Source: the human T2T-CHM13v2.0 reference genome, Homo sapiens. Taken from it: 64,000 nt of DNA. The notes beneath the pieces are model-generated. The model made no database searches, was not told where the DNA came from, and saw only the letters and a program-made list of their open reading frames with translations. Of the stretch, positions 11,690-29,630 are shown in pieces. The stretch is from NCBI RefSeq assembly GCF_009914755.1, contig NC_060947.1. The stretch is one strand, 5' to 3'. The translations under genes and the position numbers were made by a program. Every line of letters starts with the position of its first letter. Position 1 is the first letter of the stretch.

Positions 11690-12185
11690 TAGCCAGGCAA
11701 TGGTCATCAGAATCATCTTGATTATTTTCAGGCTTATTTTACTTGACCTCACAGGTGAGTTTGACCTTTTTGATCACCCCATTTTTCTTGATGGTCCTGT
11801 CTCCCTTAGTTTCTGAAACATCACTCTAACTTCTCCTTCACAGCTGTCTTTTTCATGACTATTCACTCAAATGTTGGTGATAGCTAACCTTTGTTTCTGG
11901 TCTCTGATCATCCTACATCGACCCTGAGTGAACTCACTCACTCCCATAATTTCAGTGACTGTTTATTTTCTGTTGACGCCTAGTTATATGTCTTTATCAC
12001 AGACTTCTCTCCTGAACTTCAGACTGCATCCTGGGCAGCTCTACCACAACATCCCACAGGTACCTTAAACTCAACACGTTTCCAAACTTCTATGTGCTCA
12101 GCTTAGTGAATTACTATCCACCTAGTCACCCAAGATAGAAAATGGGGAAGCCACTTTCTCTCTCTTACTCTGCATTCAGAAAACC
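11690..12185 (+). mobile_element. L2 fragment (appears to resume at ~14235-14400 after the ERVL insertion)
   Basis: ttacttgacctcacaggtgagtttgacc, ttctctcctgaacttcagact, aggtaccttaaactcaac, cacctagtcacccaag. Confidence 0.7.
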
Positions 12186-12244
12186 AGGCCGATTTTCTTT
12201 CAGAACTGCTCCCTGACAATCCTCTGCTCTACTCAAAAGTATTT

Positions 12245-14230
12245 AACCCCTTGCAGGCTGCATCCTTCAGTTTCTTGTATCAACTTGTGGCTAGGTTTAT
12301 CCAATGAGAAACCCTGCTGCTAGAGACTAGCAAGACTCAAGCATGTGGACTTTTTTTTTTTTTAAACCAAGAATGTTCTGCCACTCTGCTACTGAGTGCC
12401 CAGCCCACCAAATCAGAGGTCAGCATTAAGCTCTTAACTTGGCACCATTCTCTTGGGGAACCAACCAGTCACTTGGTAACAAGTTGATTACATTTGACCC
12501 TTTCCTGTCATGGAGGAGCCACCATTTGTTGTTACTATTATGGATATGGATATGCCTTCTCAAAACCACCATTTATGGACTTATAGAATGCCTAATTCAC
12601 CATCATGTTATCACACATAACAATGCTTCTGTCCAAGGGACATATTTTATTACAAGGAAAGTACAGTAGTAAACCATGCCATGAAAATTTGCTGATCTTA
12701 GCATGCACCCCATTACTCAGGAGCTGCTGGCCTGATTAAATGGAGAAATAGCTTATGGTATCATCTGGGAGGTCACATTCTGTGGAGCTTGTATACATCC
12801 CCCAGGATGTAGCATATGCTTTGAACCATTGATGAATATATGGTACGTCTCTCCCTTATGTAGAATGCATGGGTCCAGGAATTAAGGGGCAGGAATGGGA
12901 ATGGCTTTTCTTACTATTATATCTAATAATCCACTTGCAGAATTTTCACTTCCTGTCCACAACCTTCAGCTCTACTAGTCTAGAAGTCTTTGTTCCCAAG
13001 GAATAAATTTTTTTTCCACCCAGCCTCATTATAAACTAGAAGTTAAGGCTCTCACCTGGCATTTGGAGCTCCTCATACCACTGAACCAACAAGCAAAGAA
13101 AGCGTGAATTATATTGGTTGAAGTGATTGGTCATTATTAATAAAGGAAAATTGGTTTTCTGCTACACAATAAGAGCATAAAAACTGTGGCTAAAACCCGG
13201 GAGATGTATGGGTGCATCTTTTAGTACTTCCATGTCTGATAGTCAAAGTCAATTAAAATCTACAGCAACCCAATTAAGTATAGGACCACCGAAGATTCAG
13301 ACTTTGTAGGAATAAAGGGTTGGATTACCCCACTGAGTAAAGAAGGGCAACCAACATGCTGGTTACAAGGGCAAGAAGAAACAAAATATGTGGTGGAAGA
13401 AGAAAGTCGTATGTATATGCTATGGCCACATGACCAGTTATAGAACAAGAATTGTAACTACCAGGCATATTTTATTATGTGTGTGTTAATCAACAACCTT
13501 TTTCCTACTATTTTGTATAAAGAGTGTCAGTAATAAGCACTTGGTAATTTAATATGTAAGTCACCAGACTACAGGGAGCCACACTTGCTATTTATAGGAG
13601 GAATTCCATAATGCCTGGAGATCTTGGACTTGAGGTAGAAAACTGACAAATCAGAATTTGTTCCTCCTCTTGTTGGAGAGAGTTGGTGAGTTGTGTCATG
13701 GATAGTTGTCTCATGTCTGGCAGAGACGTGAATTTGTCAGATATGGATATGAGGTAAGAATGAATGCTGAGTGGTGAAATAGATGGACTATGTTAGTGTT
13801 GGGCGAGTTTGCCACCAGATTTATTTCATGCCCTTCTCCAGCTCTACTCTGTGTCTTAGAGGCTACATTTCCATTTCCCAGGCTCTCAAGTCATCTGACC
13901 TCAACTGGACTTGGCATTGGTAGGAGACTGGAGCACTAGAAGGAGAAAGAACCTAGGCTGCTTTCACCCTTTCTCTCTGATGTCGGCAGATTTTCCAGTT
14001 GGGGCTACATCTGTGGCTTTAGCTCTTGACAGGAAAGCTACTGTATTTCCAGCTTCCTCTGGGCAATCCCGGCTTCAGTAGAATGGCTGAAGCCCTTGTT
14101 TCATCAGTTGAAGGCTGGTGGAAGCTTCTTACTATTGCCAATCTCTGGAGTCCTTCACTGAGCTCTGTTTCACTCCCAGCTCCTCTCTCACTTGTGTAAC
14201 CAACTCTCTGCATTAAATCTCCCTACAGAT
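12245..14230 (+). mobile_element. ERVL-class provirus remnant: LTR fragment (~12245-12335), integrase and dUTPase remnants (~12378-13450), LTR33-like 3' LTR (~13790-14230)
   Basis: Decayed integrase PVTW*QVDYI*PFP and KTTIYGLIECLIHHHVITHNNASVQGTYF; dUTPase N*KLRLSPG/HLELLIPLNQQAKKA at ~13031-13105; dUTPase after integrase is the ERVL order; LTR begins TG after a purine-rich tract. Confidence 0.8.
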
Positions 14231-14472
14231 ACAATCAAATCTCTGTTCTTTAACACATCTTAAGGCTGTTCCCTCCTGCCCACCTCTTACAGCGACTGCC
14301 TTACACATATCAGGCTCTCATTACCTTTTACCTGGGCTACTGGTCACACTTTTCAAACTCCATTCTACCATTCCTCCTCCTGCTAAATAACATATGTAGG
14401 CTCTATATCTTTAGTGTTCCTTTTCCTGTACTTCAAGCAAGAATACATTTTAGAAATGTAGGTTCATAAATA

Positions 14473-14909
14473 CAATTGGTCCTTGAACAACATGGGGGTT
14501 GGGACAGTGACCCCCTGCACAGTTGAAAATCCAGATATAACTTTTGACTCCCCCAGAACATAACTACTAATAGCCTACTGTTGACTGGAAGCATTACTGA
14601 TAACACAGTTGATTAACACACACTTTGTGTTATATGATTGTACACTGTATTCTTACATTAAAGTAAGCTAGAGAAAGGAAAATGTTATTAAGAAAATCAT
14701 AATAAAGAGAAAACATATTTACTGTCCATTAAGTGGAAGTGAATCATCATAAAAGTCTTCATCTTCATTGTCTTCATGTTGAGTAGGCTGAGGAGGAGGA
14801 AGAGGAAGAGGAGGAGTTCATCTTGCTATCTCAGGGATGGCATAGGTGGAAAAAATCGACATGTAAGTAGACCTGTGCAGCTCAAATCCATGCTGTTAAG
14901 GCTCAATTG
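14473..14909. mobile_element. Tigger2a/MER28-like non-autonomous TcMar DNA transposon
   Basis: TIRs caattggtccttgaaca / tgttaaggctcaattg, TA at 14471-14472 and 14910-14911; 437 bp. Confidence 0.85.
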
Positions 14910-15187
14910 TAATCTTGTTTCAAAAACTAAACCATTTAACAGTATGACCTAGTGAATTATGCCTTCTACTCAGTAGAGAAGATGTCTTTAAAAACTGTGA
15001 AACCAGGAAAGAACACAGACCTACATAGTGGCAGAAATGACATTGGAAGTTCAAAATTCTTTCTTGTCCATCTTTGCCAAAATGGAGGTATTACTAGAAT
15101 CAATTTGTCTCCCTAGCCTCAATCTTTCTTTTTCTATACTGCTCCAAAACATTGTTACAAAGATGGTCAGATCAAATACTTTATTTT

Positions 15188-18100
15188 AGCTTTTATTTTT
15201 AAAAATATTTTTTCCATTTTTAATATTTGTGGCTACACAGTATGTGTATATACTTATGGGGTACATTAGATGTTTTGATACAGGCACACAATGCATAATA
15301 ATCATATCATGGAAAATGGGATACCCATCTCCTCAAGAACTTATCCTTTGTGTTACAAACAATCCAATTATACTCTTTGTTATATTAAAATGTATAAGTA
15401 AATTATTATTGATTATAGTCACCCTGCTGTGCTGTAAAATGCTAGGCTTTATTCATTCATTCATTCTACTTTTCTGCACTCATTAACCCACCTCTCCCCA
15501 AACACCCCCACTACTCTTTCAGCCTCTGGTAACCATCCTTCTACTCTCTACCTCCATGGGTTCAATTGTTTTGATTTTTACATCCCATAAATAAGTGAGA
15601 ATATGCAATGTTTGTCTTTCTGTACCTGGCTTATTTCACTTAGCATAATGACCTCCAATTCCATCCATATTGTTGCAAATGACTGGATCTCATTTTTTAT
15701 GGCTGAATAGTACTCCATTGTATTTCTTTATCAATTCATCTGTTGATGGACATTTAGGTTGCTTCCAAATCTTGGCTGTCATGAACAACATGGGAGTGCA
15801 GATATCTCTTCAATATACTGATTTCCTTTCTTTTGGAAAGATACCCAGCAGTGAGATTGCTGGATTATATGGTAGCTCAATTTTTAGTTTTTTTGTGGAA
15901 CCTCCAAACTGTTCTCCATGGTGGTTGTACTAGTTTACATTCCTACCAACAGTGTATGACTGTTCCCTTTTTCCACATTCTTGCCAGCATTTAATGCCTG
16001 TCTTTTGGATATGAGTCATTTTAAATAAGGTGAGATAACATCTCATTGTAGTTTTGATTTGCATTACTCTGATGATCAATAATGTCGAGCAACTTTTCAT
16101 ATGCCTGTTTGCCATCTGTGTGTCTTCTTTTGAGAAATATCTATTCAAATATTTTCCCCACTTTTTGATCAGATTATTAGATTTTTTCCTATAGAGATTT
16201 TTTGAGCTGTTGATATATTCTGGTTATTAATCCTTTGTCAGATGGGTAGTTTGCAAATATTTTCTTTCCTTCTGTAGGTTGACTCATCACTTTGTTGATT
16301 GTTTCCTTTTATGTGCAGAAGCTTTCTAATTTGTGATCTCATTTGTCCATTTTTGCTTTGGTTGCCTGTGCTCGTGGGGTATTGCTCAAGAAATCTTTGC
16401 CCAGACCAATGTTCTGGGGAGTTTCCCCAATGTTTTTTTATAGTAGTTTCATAGTTTGAGGTCTTTGATTTAAGTCTTTAATCCATTGATTTCATTTTTG
16501 CCTATGGTGAGAGATGGGGACTGGTTTCATTCTTCTGCATATGGATGTTCAATTTTCCCAGCATCATGTATGGATTACTGATTATTAATGTCAAAAACGA
16601 GTTCACTGTAGGTGTATGGATTTGTTTCTGCATTCTCCATTCTGTTACATTGGTTTATGTGTCTATTTCTATGCCAGTACCATGCTGTTTGGGTTACTAT
16701 AGCTCTGTAGTATAATTTGAAGTCAGGTAATGTGATTCCTCCAGTTTTGTTCTTTCTGCTTAGGATAGCTTTGGCTATACTGAGCCTTTTGTAGATCCAT
16801 ATAAATTTCAGGTTTGTTTTTTCTAGTTCTGTGAAGAATGTCTTTGGTATTTTGGTAGAGATTGCATTGAATATGTAGATTGTTTTGGGTAGTATGGATT
16901 TTTTAACAATATTGATTCTTCTAATCCATGAACATGGAATGTCTTTCAATTTTTTGGTACCCTTTTCAATTTCTTTCATCAGTGTTTTATAGTTTTCAGT
17001 ATAGAGGTCTTTCACTTCTGTGGTTAATTCTTAGGTATTTAATTTTATGTGTGGCTTTTGTAAATGAGACTATTTCTTAAATTTCTTTTTTAGATAGCTC
17101 ACTGTTGGCATACAGAAATGCTACTAATTTTTGTATGTTGATTTTGTATCCTGCAACTTTACTGAATTTATCAGTTTGAATAGATTTTTGGTAGAGTCTT
17201 CAGATTTTTCCAAATATAAGATCATATCGTCTGCAAACAAGAATAATTTGACTTCTCCCTTTCCAGTTTGGATGCCCTTTATTTCTTTCTCATGTCTAAT
17301 TGCTATAGCTAGGACTTCCAGCACTATGTTGAATAACAGTGGTGAAAGTGGGCATCCTTGTCATGTTCCAGATATTAGAGGAAAGGCTTTCAGTTTTTTC
17401 CCATTCAATATGATGCTATCCATGGATCTGTTTTATATGGCTTTTATTATGTTGAGGTATGTTTGTTTTATACCTAGTTTTTTTGAGGTTTTTTTTTTAT
17501 CATGAAGAGATGTTGAATTTTATCAAATGCTTTTTTAGCATCAATTGAAATAATCATATGATTTTTGTTCTTCATTCTGTTGGTATGATGTATCTCATTG
17601 ATTGATTTGCCTATGTTGAAGCATCCTTGCATCCCAGGGATAAATCCCACTTGATCGTGATGAATGATCTTTCTAATGTATTGTTGAATTCAGTTTGCTA
17701 ATATTTTGTTGATGTGTTTTGCATCAATGTTCATCAGAGATATTGGCCTGTAGTTTTCTTTTTTTTGATGTACCTTGGTCTGGTTTTGATATCAGGGTGA
17801 TACTGGCCTCATAGAATAAGTTTGGGTATTTCCTCCTCTATTTTTTTGGAATAGTTTGAATAGGATTGGTACCAGTTCTTCTTTAAATGTTTTGTAATGT
17901 GTCTTTTTTCATTTCTGATTTTATATATTTGGATTTTCTCTCTTTTGTTCTTAGTTTGAATAAAGGTTGGTCAATTTTGTTTAACCTTTCAAAAACAAGC
18001 TTTTGTATTGTTTTCTTTATTTCAAGTTCATTCATTTCTGTCTGGTTTTTATTATTTCTTTTCTCCTACTAATTTTGAGTTTGGTTTGCTCTTGCTTTTC

Positions 18101-20353
18101 TAGTTCTTTGGGATGTGGCATCAGATTTTTCATTGAAATTTTTTCCTTTTTTTTGATGTGGGGACTTATAGCTGTAAACTTCTGTCTTAGTACTGCTTTT
18201 GCTGTATCCCATAAGTTTTGGTATGCTGTGTTTCTATTATCATTTGCTTAAAAATTTTCAAATTCCTTCTTAATTTCTTCATTGACCTACTGCTCATTCA
18301 GGAGCATATTGTTTAATTTCCATAAATTTTTATAGTTTCCAAAATTTCTCTTGTTATTAATGCCTAGTTTTATTTCCTTGTAGTCAGAGAAAATGCCTGG
18401 TATTATTTCAGTTTTTGTTAATGCTTTAAGACTGTTTTGTGACATAACATATGATCTACTCTTGAGAATCATCTATGTGCTGAGGAAAAGAATATGTTTT
18501 CAGCAGTCATTGGATGAAATGTTCTGTAAATATTTATTAGATCCATTTAATCTATAGTGCAGATTAAGTCTGATGCTTCTTTCTTGATTTTCTGTCCAAT
18601 GTTAAGATCTGTTGAATGCTGAAGGTGGGGTGTTGAATTCTCTAGCTACTATTGTATTGGGGCCTATCTCTCTCTTTAGCTCTAATAATATTTTCTTTAT
18701 ATATCTGGGTGCTCCAGTGTTGGGTGCATATATATTGAAAATTGTTATATCCCCTTTCTGAATTGATCCATTTATATAATGACCTAATTTTTCTCTAGTA
18801 ATAGTTTTTGTCACAAAATCTATTTTGTCTGAGGTAAGTATAGCTATTCCTGCTCCTTTTTTGGTTTCCATTGGCATGGAATATCTTTTGCAATTCCTTT
18901 ATTTTCAGTCCATGTGTGTCTTTATAGGTGAAGTGTGTTTCTTGTAGGAAACAGATCAATAGGTTTTGTTTTTTTCATCCATTCAACCACTCCATGTCTT
19001 TTGATTGAAGAGTTTAGTCCACTTACATTCAATTTTACTAGTAGCAAGTAAAGACTTATTCCTACCATTTTGTTATTTGCTTTCTGGTTGTTTTTGGTAT
19101 TTTCTTCCTTCTTTCTTTCCTTCTTGTTTTCCTTTTAGCGAAGGTGGTTTTCTCTGATGATGTGATTTAGTTTCTTGTTTTTTTAATTTTCCATGTACCC
19201 ATTTTATGTTCTTGAATTCCTCAAATCAGGGTCCCCAAGAGCCTGCCTGGTGGCCAAACTTGTACCTAAGGTGCAAGACAGAGTCCCCTTTTCCCTCTGC
19301 TTTTCTCAAGCAGTAGGAGTCTTGACCCATAGCCACCACAGCTGGGAATGTGCTGAGTCTCACCTGCCTGCAAGTCTGAGTCTCACCCAAAGCCCTCAAC
19401 ATAGAACTTTGGTGTCACTGCTGTTTATTCAGGGCCCAAGGGCTCTTCTGTTAACAGGTGATGAATCCTGTCAGGACTGGGTCCTTCCCTTCAAGGAAGC
19501 AGGTTCCCTTCTGGCCCAGGGTGTGTCTAGAAATGTTATCCAGGAGCTAGGGCCTGGAAAGAGGGCCTCACGACTCTGACTGGTGCCTTATCCTGCTGTG
19601 GCTAAGCTGGTATCCAACATACAAGACAAAGTCCTTCCCTGTCTCCCCTCTCCTCTCCTCAAGTGGAAGGAAGGGGTCTCTTTTGTAGCTATGAGCTGTG
19701 CAGCCTGGGGTTAAGAGAGAGGTGATGCCAACACTTTCTTTGCTGGCCTTGCTGGTGTCTCAGTACGTCATCTTCTCTCCCTGCCCCCCCACCCACCGCC
19801 CATCCATTGTCTCTGGGACCAGTTCATCCCTAGGACTCACTTTGATGTAGCAGTCTTTGTGGCCTAGACTATCTTTCAAGTTTATTTGGGGCCCCAGAAC
19901 ACTTTAGCCCACGGTGGCAAGTTTTGCCAGAACTCAAGTTCCCATCACTGGGATCAGCAATTCCCCTCTGGCTATGGCTGGTTTAAATGTTTCCTTTGTG
20001 GGTGGGCATCAGCTGAGTTTAGTCAGGTTTTGCTTTCTGCTATAACAAGGGCAGCACTGAGTTCAATACCTCACAATTGGTGGCTCTCCCTCTCCCCAGG
20101 GCACAGAACCATTCTCCCCACCACACCACTGCTGCTGGGGAATGGGAGAGGGGTGGCACCAGTGATTCAAGACTGTTTCTCCTACCTCTTTGGCACCTCT
20201 TTCAGTGATATGAAGTGAAACCCACGTACTGCGAGTGTTCACATGACTTTTGATTCTTACGAAGGTGCTTTATTTGTGTAGATAGCTGTTAAATTGGTGT
20301 CCCTGTGGGGAGATCAGTGGAGACTTCTATTCAGCCATCTTGCTCCAGTCCTA
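15188..20353 (-). mobile_element. L1MA (L1MA1/2-like) with both termini but internal deletions (ORF1 absent)
   Basis: 3' UTR at ~15190-15700; ORF2 pieces including [11 protein letters not shown] (17124..17324) and endonuclease NIYAPNTGAP (18602..18877); 5' end ggagcaagatggctgaatag on minus; TSD caaata(c/g)tttatttt 15173-15187 / 20354-20368. Confidence 0.88.
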
Positions 20354-21711
20354 CAAATAGTTTATTTTTCTCACAGTACCATCTTTGGATGCTCATTATG
20401 AATATTTTTGAGTACCCAGCATAATACGAAGGAAAAAACCCATCATCTGTAATTCCACAACTCCAAAATAATCATTGTTAGCAGATCACCAAATTGGGAT
20501 CCTACTGTAAATCTTACTTTTTAATTGAATTGTTATTGAGATATTAATTGATTCATATGCAGTTGTAAGAAAAAATACAACAATCGTTGTGTACTTTATT
20601 CAGTCTCATCCAATGGTAATATTTTGCAAAACAAAGCATAATAACACAAGCAGGATATTGACGTTGATACAATGTGGTAAACTGATTCAATTTTCTCCAC
20701 TTCTGGTACCCATTTGTGTGTGTGCGTGTGTGTTTCTATGTATTAGAAACATGAATTAATATTAGTACTACATTCTATACAATTATATCATCTATGTAGT
20801 TTCATGTATCCACCACCACTGTCAAGATACAGAACAATCCCAACACTATAAGTATCTCTCATGTTATCCTTTTATAACCACACTCACTTTCCTCCTCTCC
20901 TTCAATATCTCCAGCCTCTGGTAATTACTAATCTGTTCTTCATTTCTAAAATGTTGTCATTTCAAAAAGGTATATAAATGGATTTATATAGTTTGTAACC
21001 TTTTGAGATTAACCTTTTTTACTCAGCATAATTTCCTGGAGATTCATTAGTGTAGTTATATGTATCAATAGTTCTTTACTTTTTATTGCTGAGTAGTAGT
21101 CCATGGTATGGATATACCATGGTTTGTTTAACCATTCACCTGTTGAAAGACATATGGGCTGGTTCCAGTTTTGGGCTATTATGAATAAAGCTGCTATGAA
21201 CATTTGTATACAGGTTTTTGTGTGAATATAAGTTGTCATTTATTTAGGTAATATGGTAACTGCATGTATTTTTTTTAAGAAACTGCCAAACTATTTTCAG
21301 AAGGATTGTACCATCTGACATTTCCACCAGCAATGTATGCATGAACCTGTTTCTCCGCATTCTTATCAGCAGTTGGTGTTGTCGCTATTTCGTATTTTTG
21401 CCATTTTGATAGGTATATAGGAATATCTCATTATGGTTTTAATTTACATTTCTTTAATGGCTATTGATGTTGAATGACATTTTGTTTGCTCATTAGCCAT
21501 CTGGATATCCTCTTTGGTAAAAGTCTGTTCATGTCTTTTGCCCAGTTGTTAAGTGTTGTTTTTCCTTTTTTACTGTTGAGTGTTGTGATTTCTCTATATA
21601 TTTGAGATACAACTCCTCTAGTGCATATGTGGCTTGCACATATTTTCTCCCAGCCCATAGCTTGTTTTATCCTCTTAAAGGGTCTTTCACAAAGCAAAAG
21701 TTTTAAAGTTT

Positions 21712-27877
<6,166 letters not shown>

Positions 27878-27968
27878 CAAAAGTTTTAAATTTTGATGAA
27901 GGCCAATTTATCAGTTTTTCCTTTTGTGGATTGTTCTTTTGGTATCAATGTCTAAGAACTCTTTGCTA

Positions 27969-28254
<286 letters not shown>

Positions 28255-28777
28255 CTAGCCCCAGATCCCCCAAATTTTCTCCTAGTTTTCTCTAAAAGTT
28301 TTATAATTTTATATTTTACATTTAATTACTGATTTACTTTGAGTTAATTTTTGTATAAGGTGTGAGATTTAGGTTGAGATTCATCTTTTTTGCCTGTGGA
28401 TGTCCACCTACTCCAGCAACATTTGTTGAAAAGGCTCTCATTTCTCCATTGAATTATTTTTGCACCTTTGTCAAAAGTCAGCTGGGTGTATTTGTGTGGC
28501 TCTATTTCTGGATTCTCTGCTCTGTTCTGCTGTTCTGTGTCTGTCCCTTTACCAATACCACAGTCTTGATTACTGTACAGCTAGATGATAAGTCTTAAAG
28601 TCAGATAGACTGTTTTCTCCAACTGTATTCTTTTTTTGAAAATTTTAGTCATTGCAGTTCATTTACATTTCCATACACATTTTAGAATAATATTGTCTGT
28701 ATCTAGAAAAAAATCTCATGAGACTTTCATAGGAATGATATTAAATCTGTGTATCAATTTGAGCAGAACTGACATTT

Positions 28778-29127
28778 AATTTTTTTTAGTTTTTGTGGGT
28801 ATGTAGAACCCACAAAATATCTCATGAGGTACGTGAGATATTTTGGTACAAGCATGCAAAGAATAATAATCACATCATGGAAAATTGGGTATCTATGACC
28901 TCAAGCATTTATCCTTTATGTTACAAACAATACAATGATACTCTTAGTTATTTTTAAATGTACAATTAAATTATTATTGACTACAGTCTCTCTGTTGTGC
29001 TACCAAATACTGGGTCTTATTCATTCTTTCTATTTTTTTTTTTTTTTTGGTATCCATTAACCGTCCCCACCTCCCCCCACTGCCCCTCCCCACTACACTT
29101 CCCAGCCTCTGGTAACCATCCTTCTAT
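28778..29127 (-). mobile_element. 5'-truncated L1MA1/2-like 3' UTR fragment
   Basis: Same 3' UTR text as 15226-15545 (aataatcacatcatggaaaa, tgttacaaacaat, cagcctctggtaaccatccttcta). Confidence 0.85.
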
Positions 29128-29254
29128 TAAAACTTGTATTTTTATTAAGTTTTCCAATACATGAACATGACATGTCTCTCCATTTATATAGGTCTACTGC
29201 CATTTCTTTCATAAGCATTTTGTGTTTTTCAGCATACAAGTCCTCTGTTTTTTT

Positions 29255-29580
<326 letters not shown>

Positions 29581-29630
29581 TAGAGTCACATATAAGTACT
29601 TCATTTTTTTTAGAGCAATGATTAATGGTA

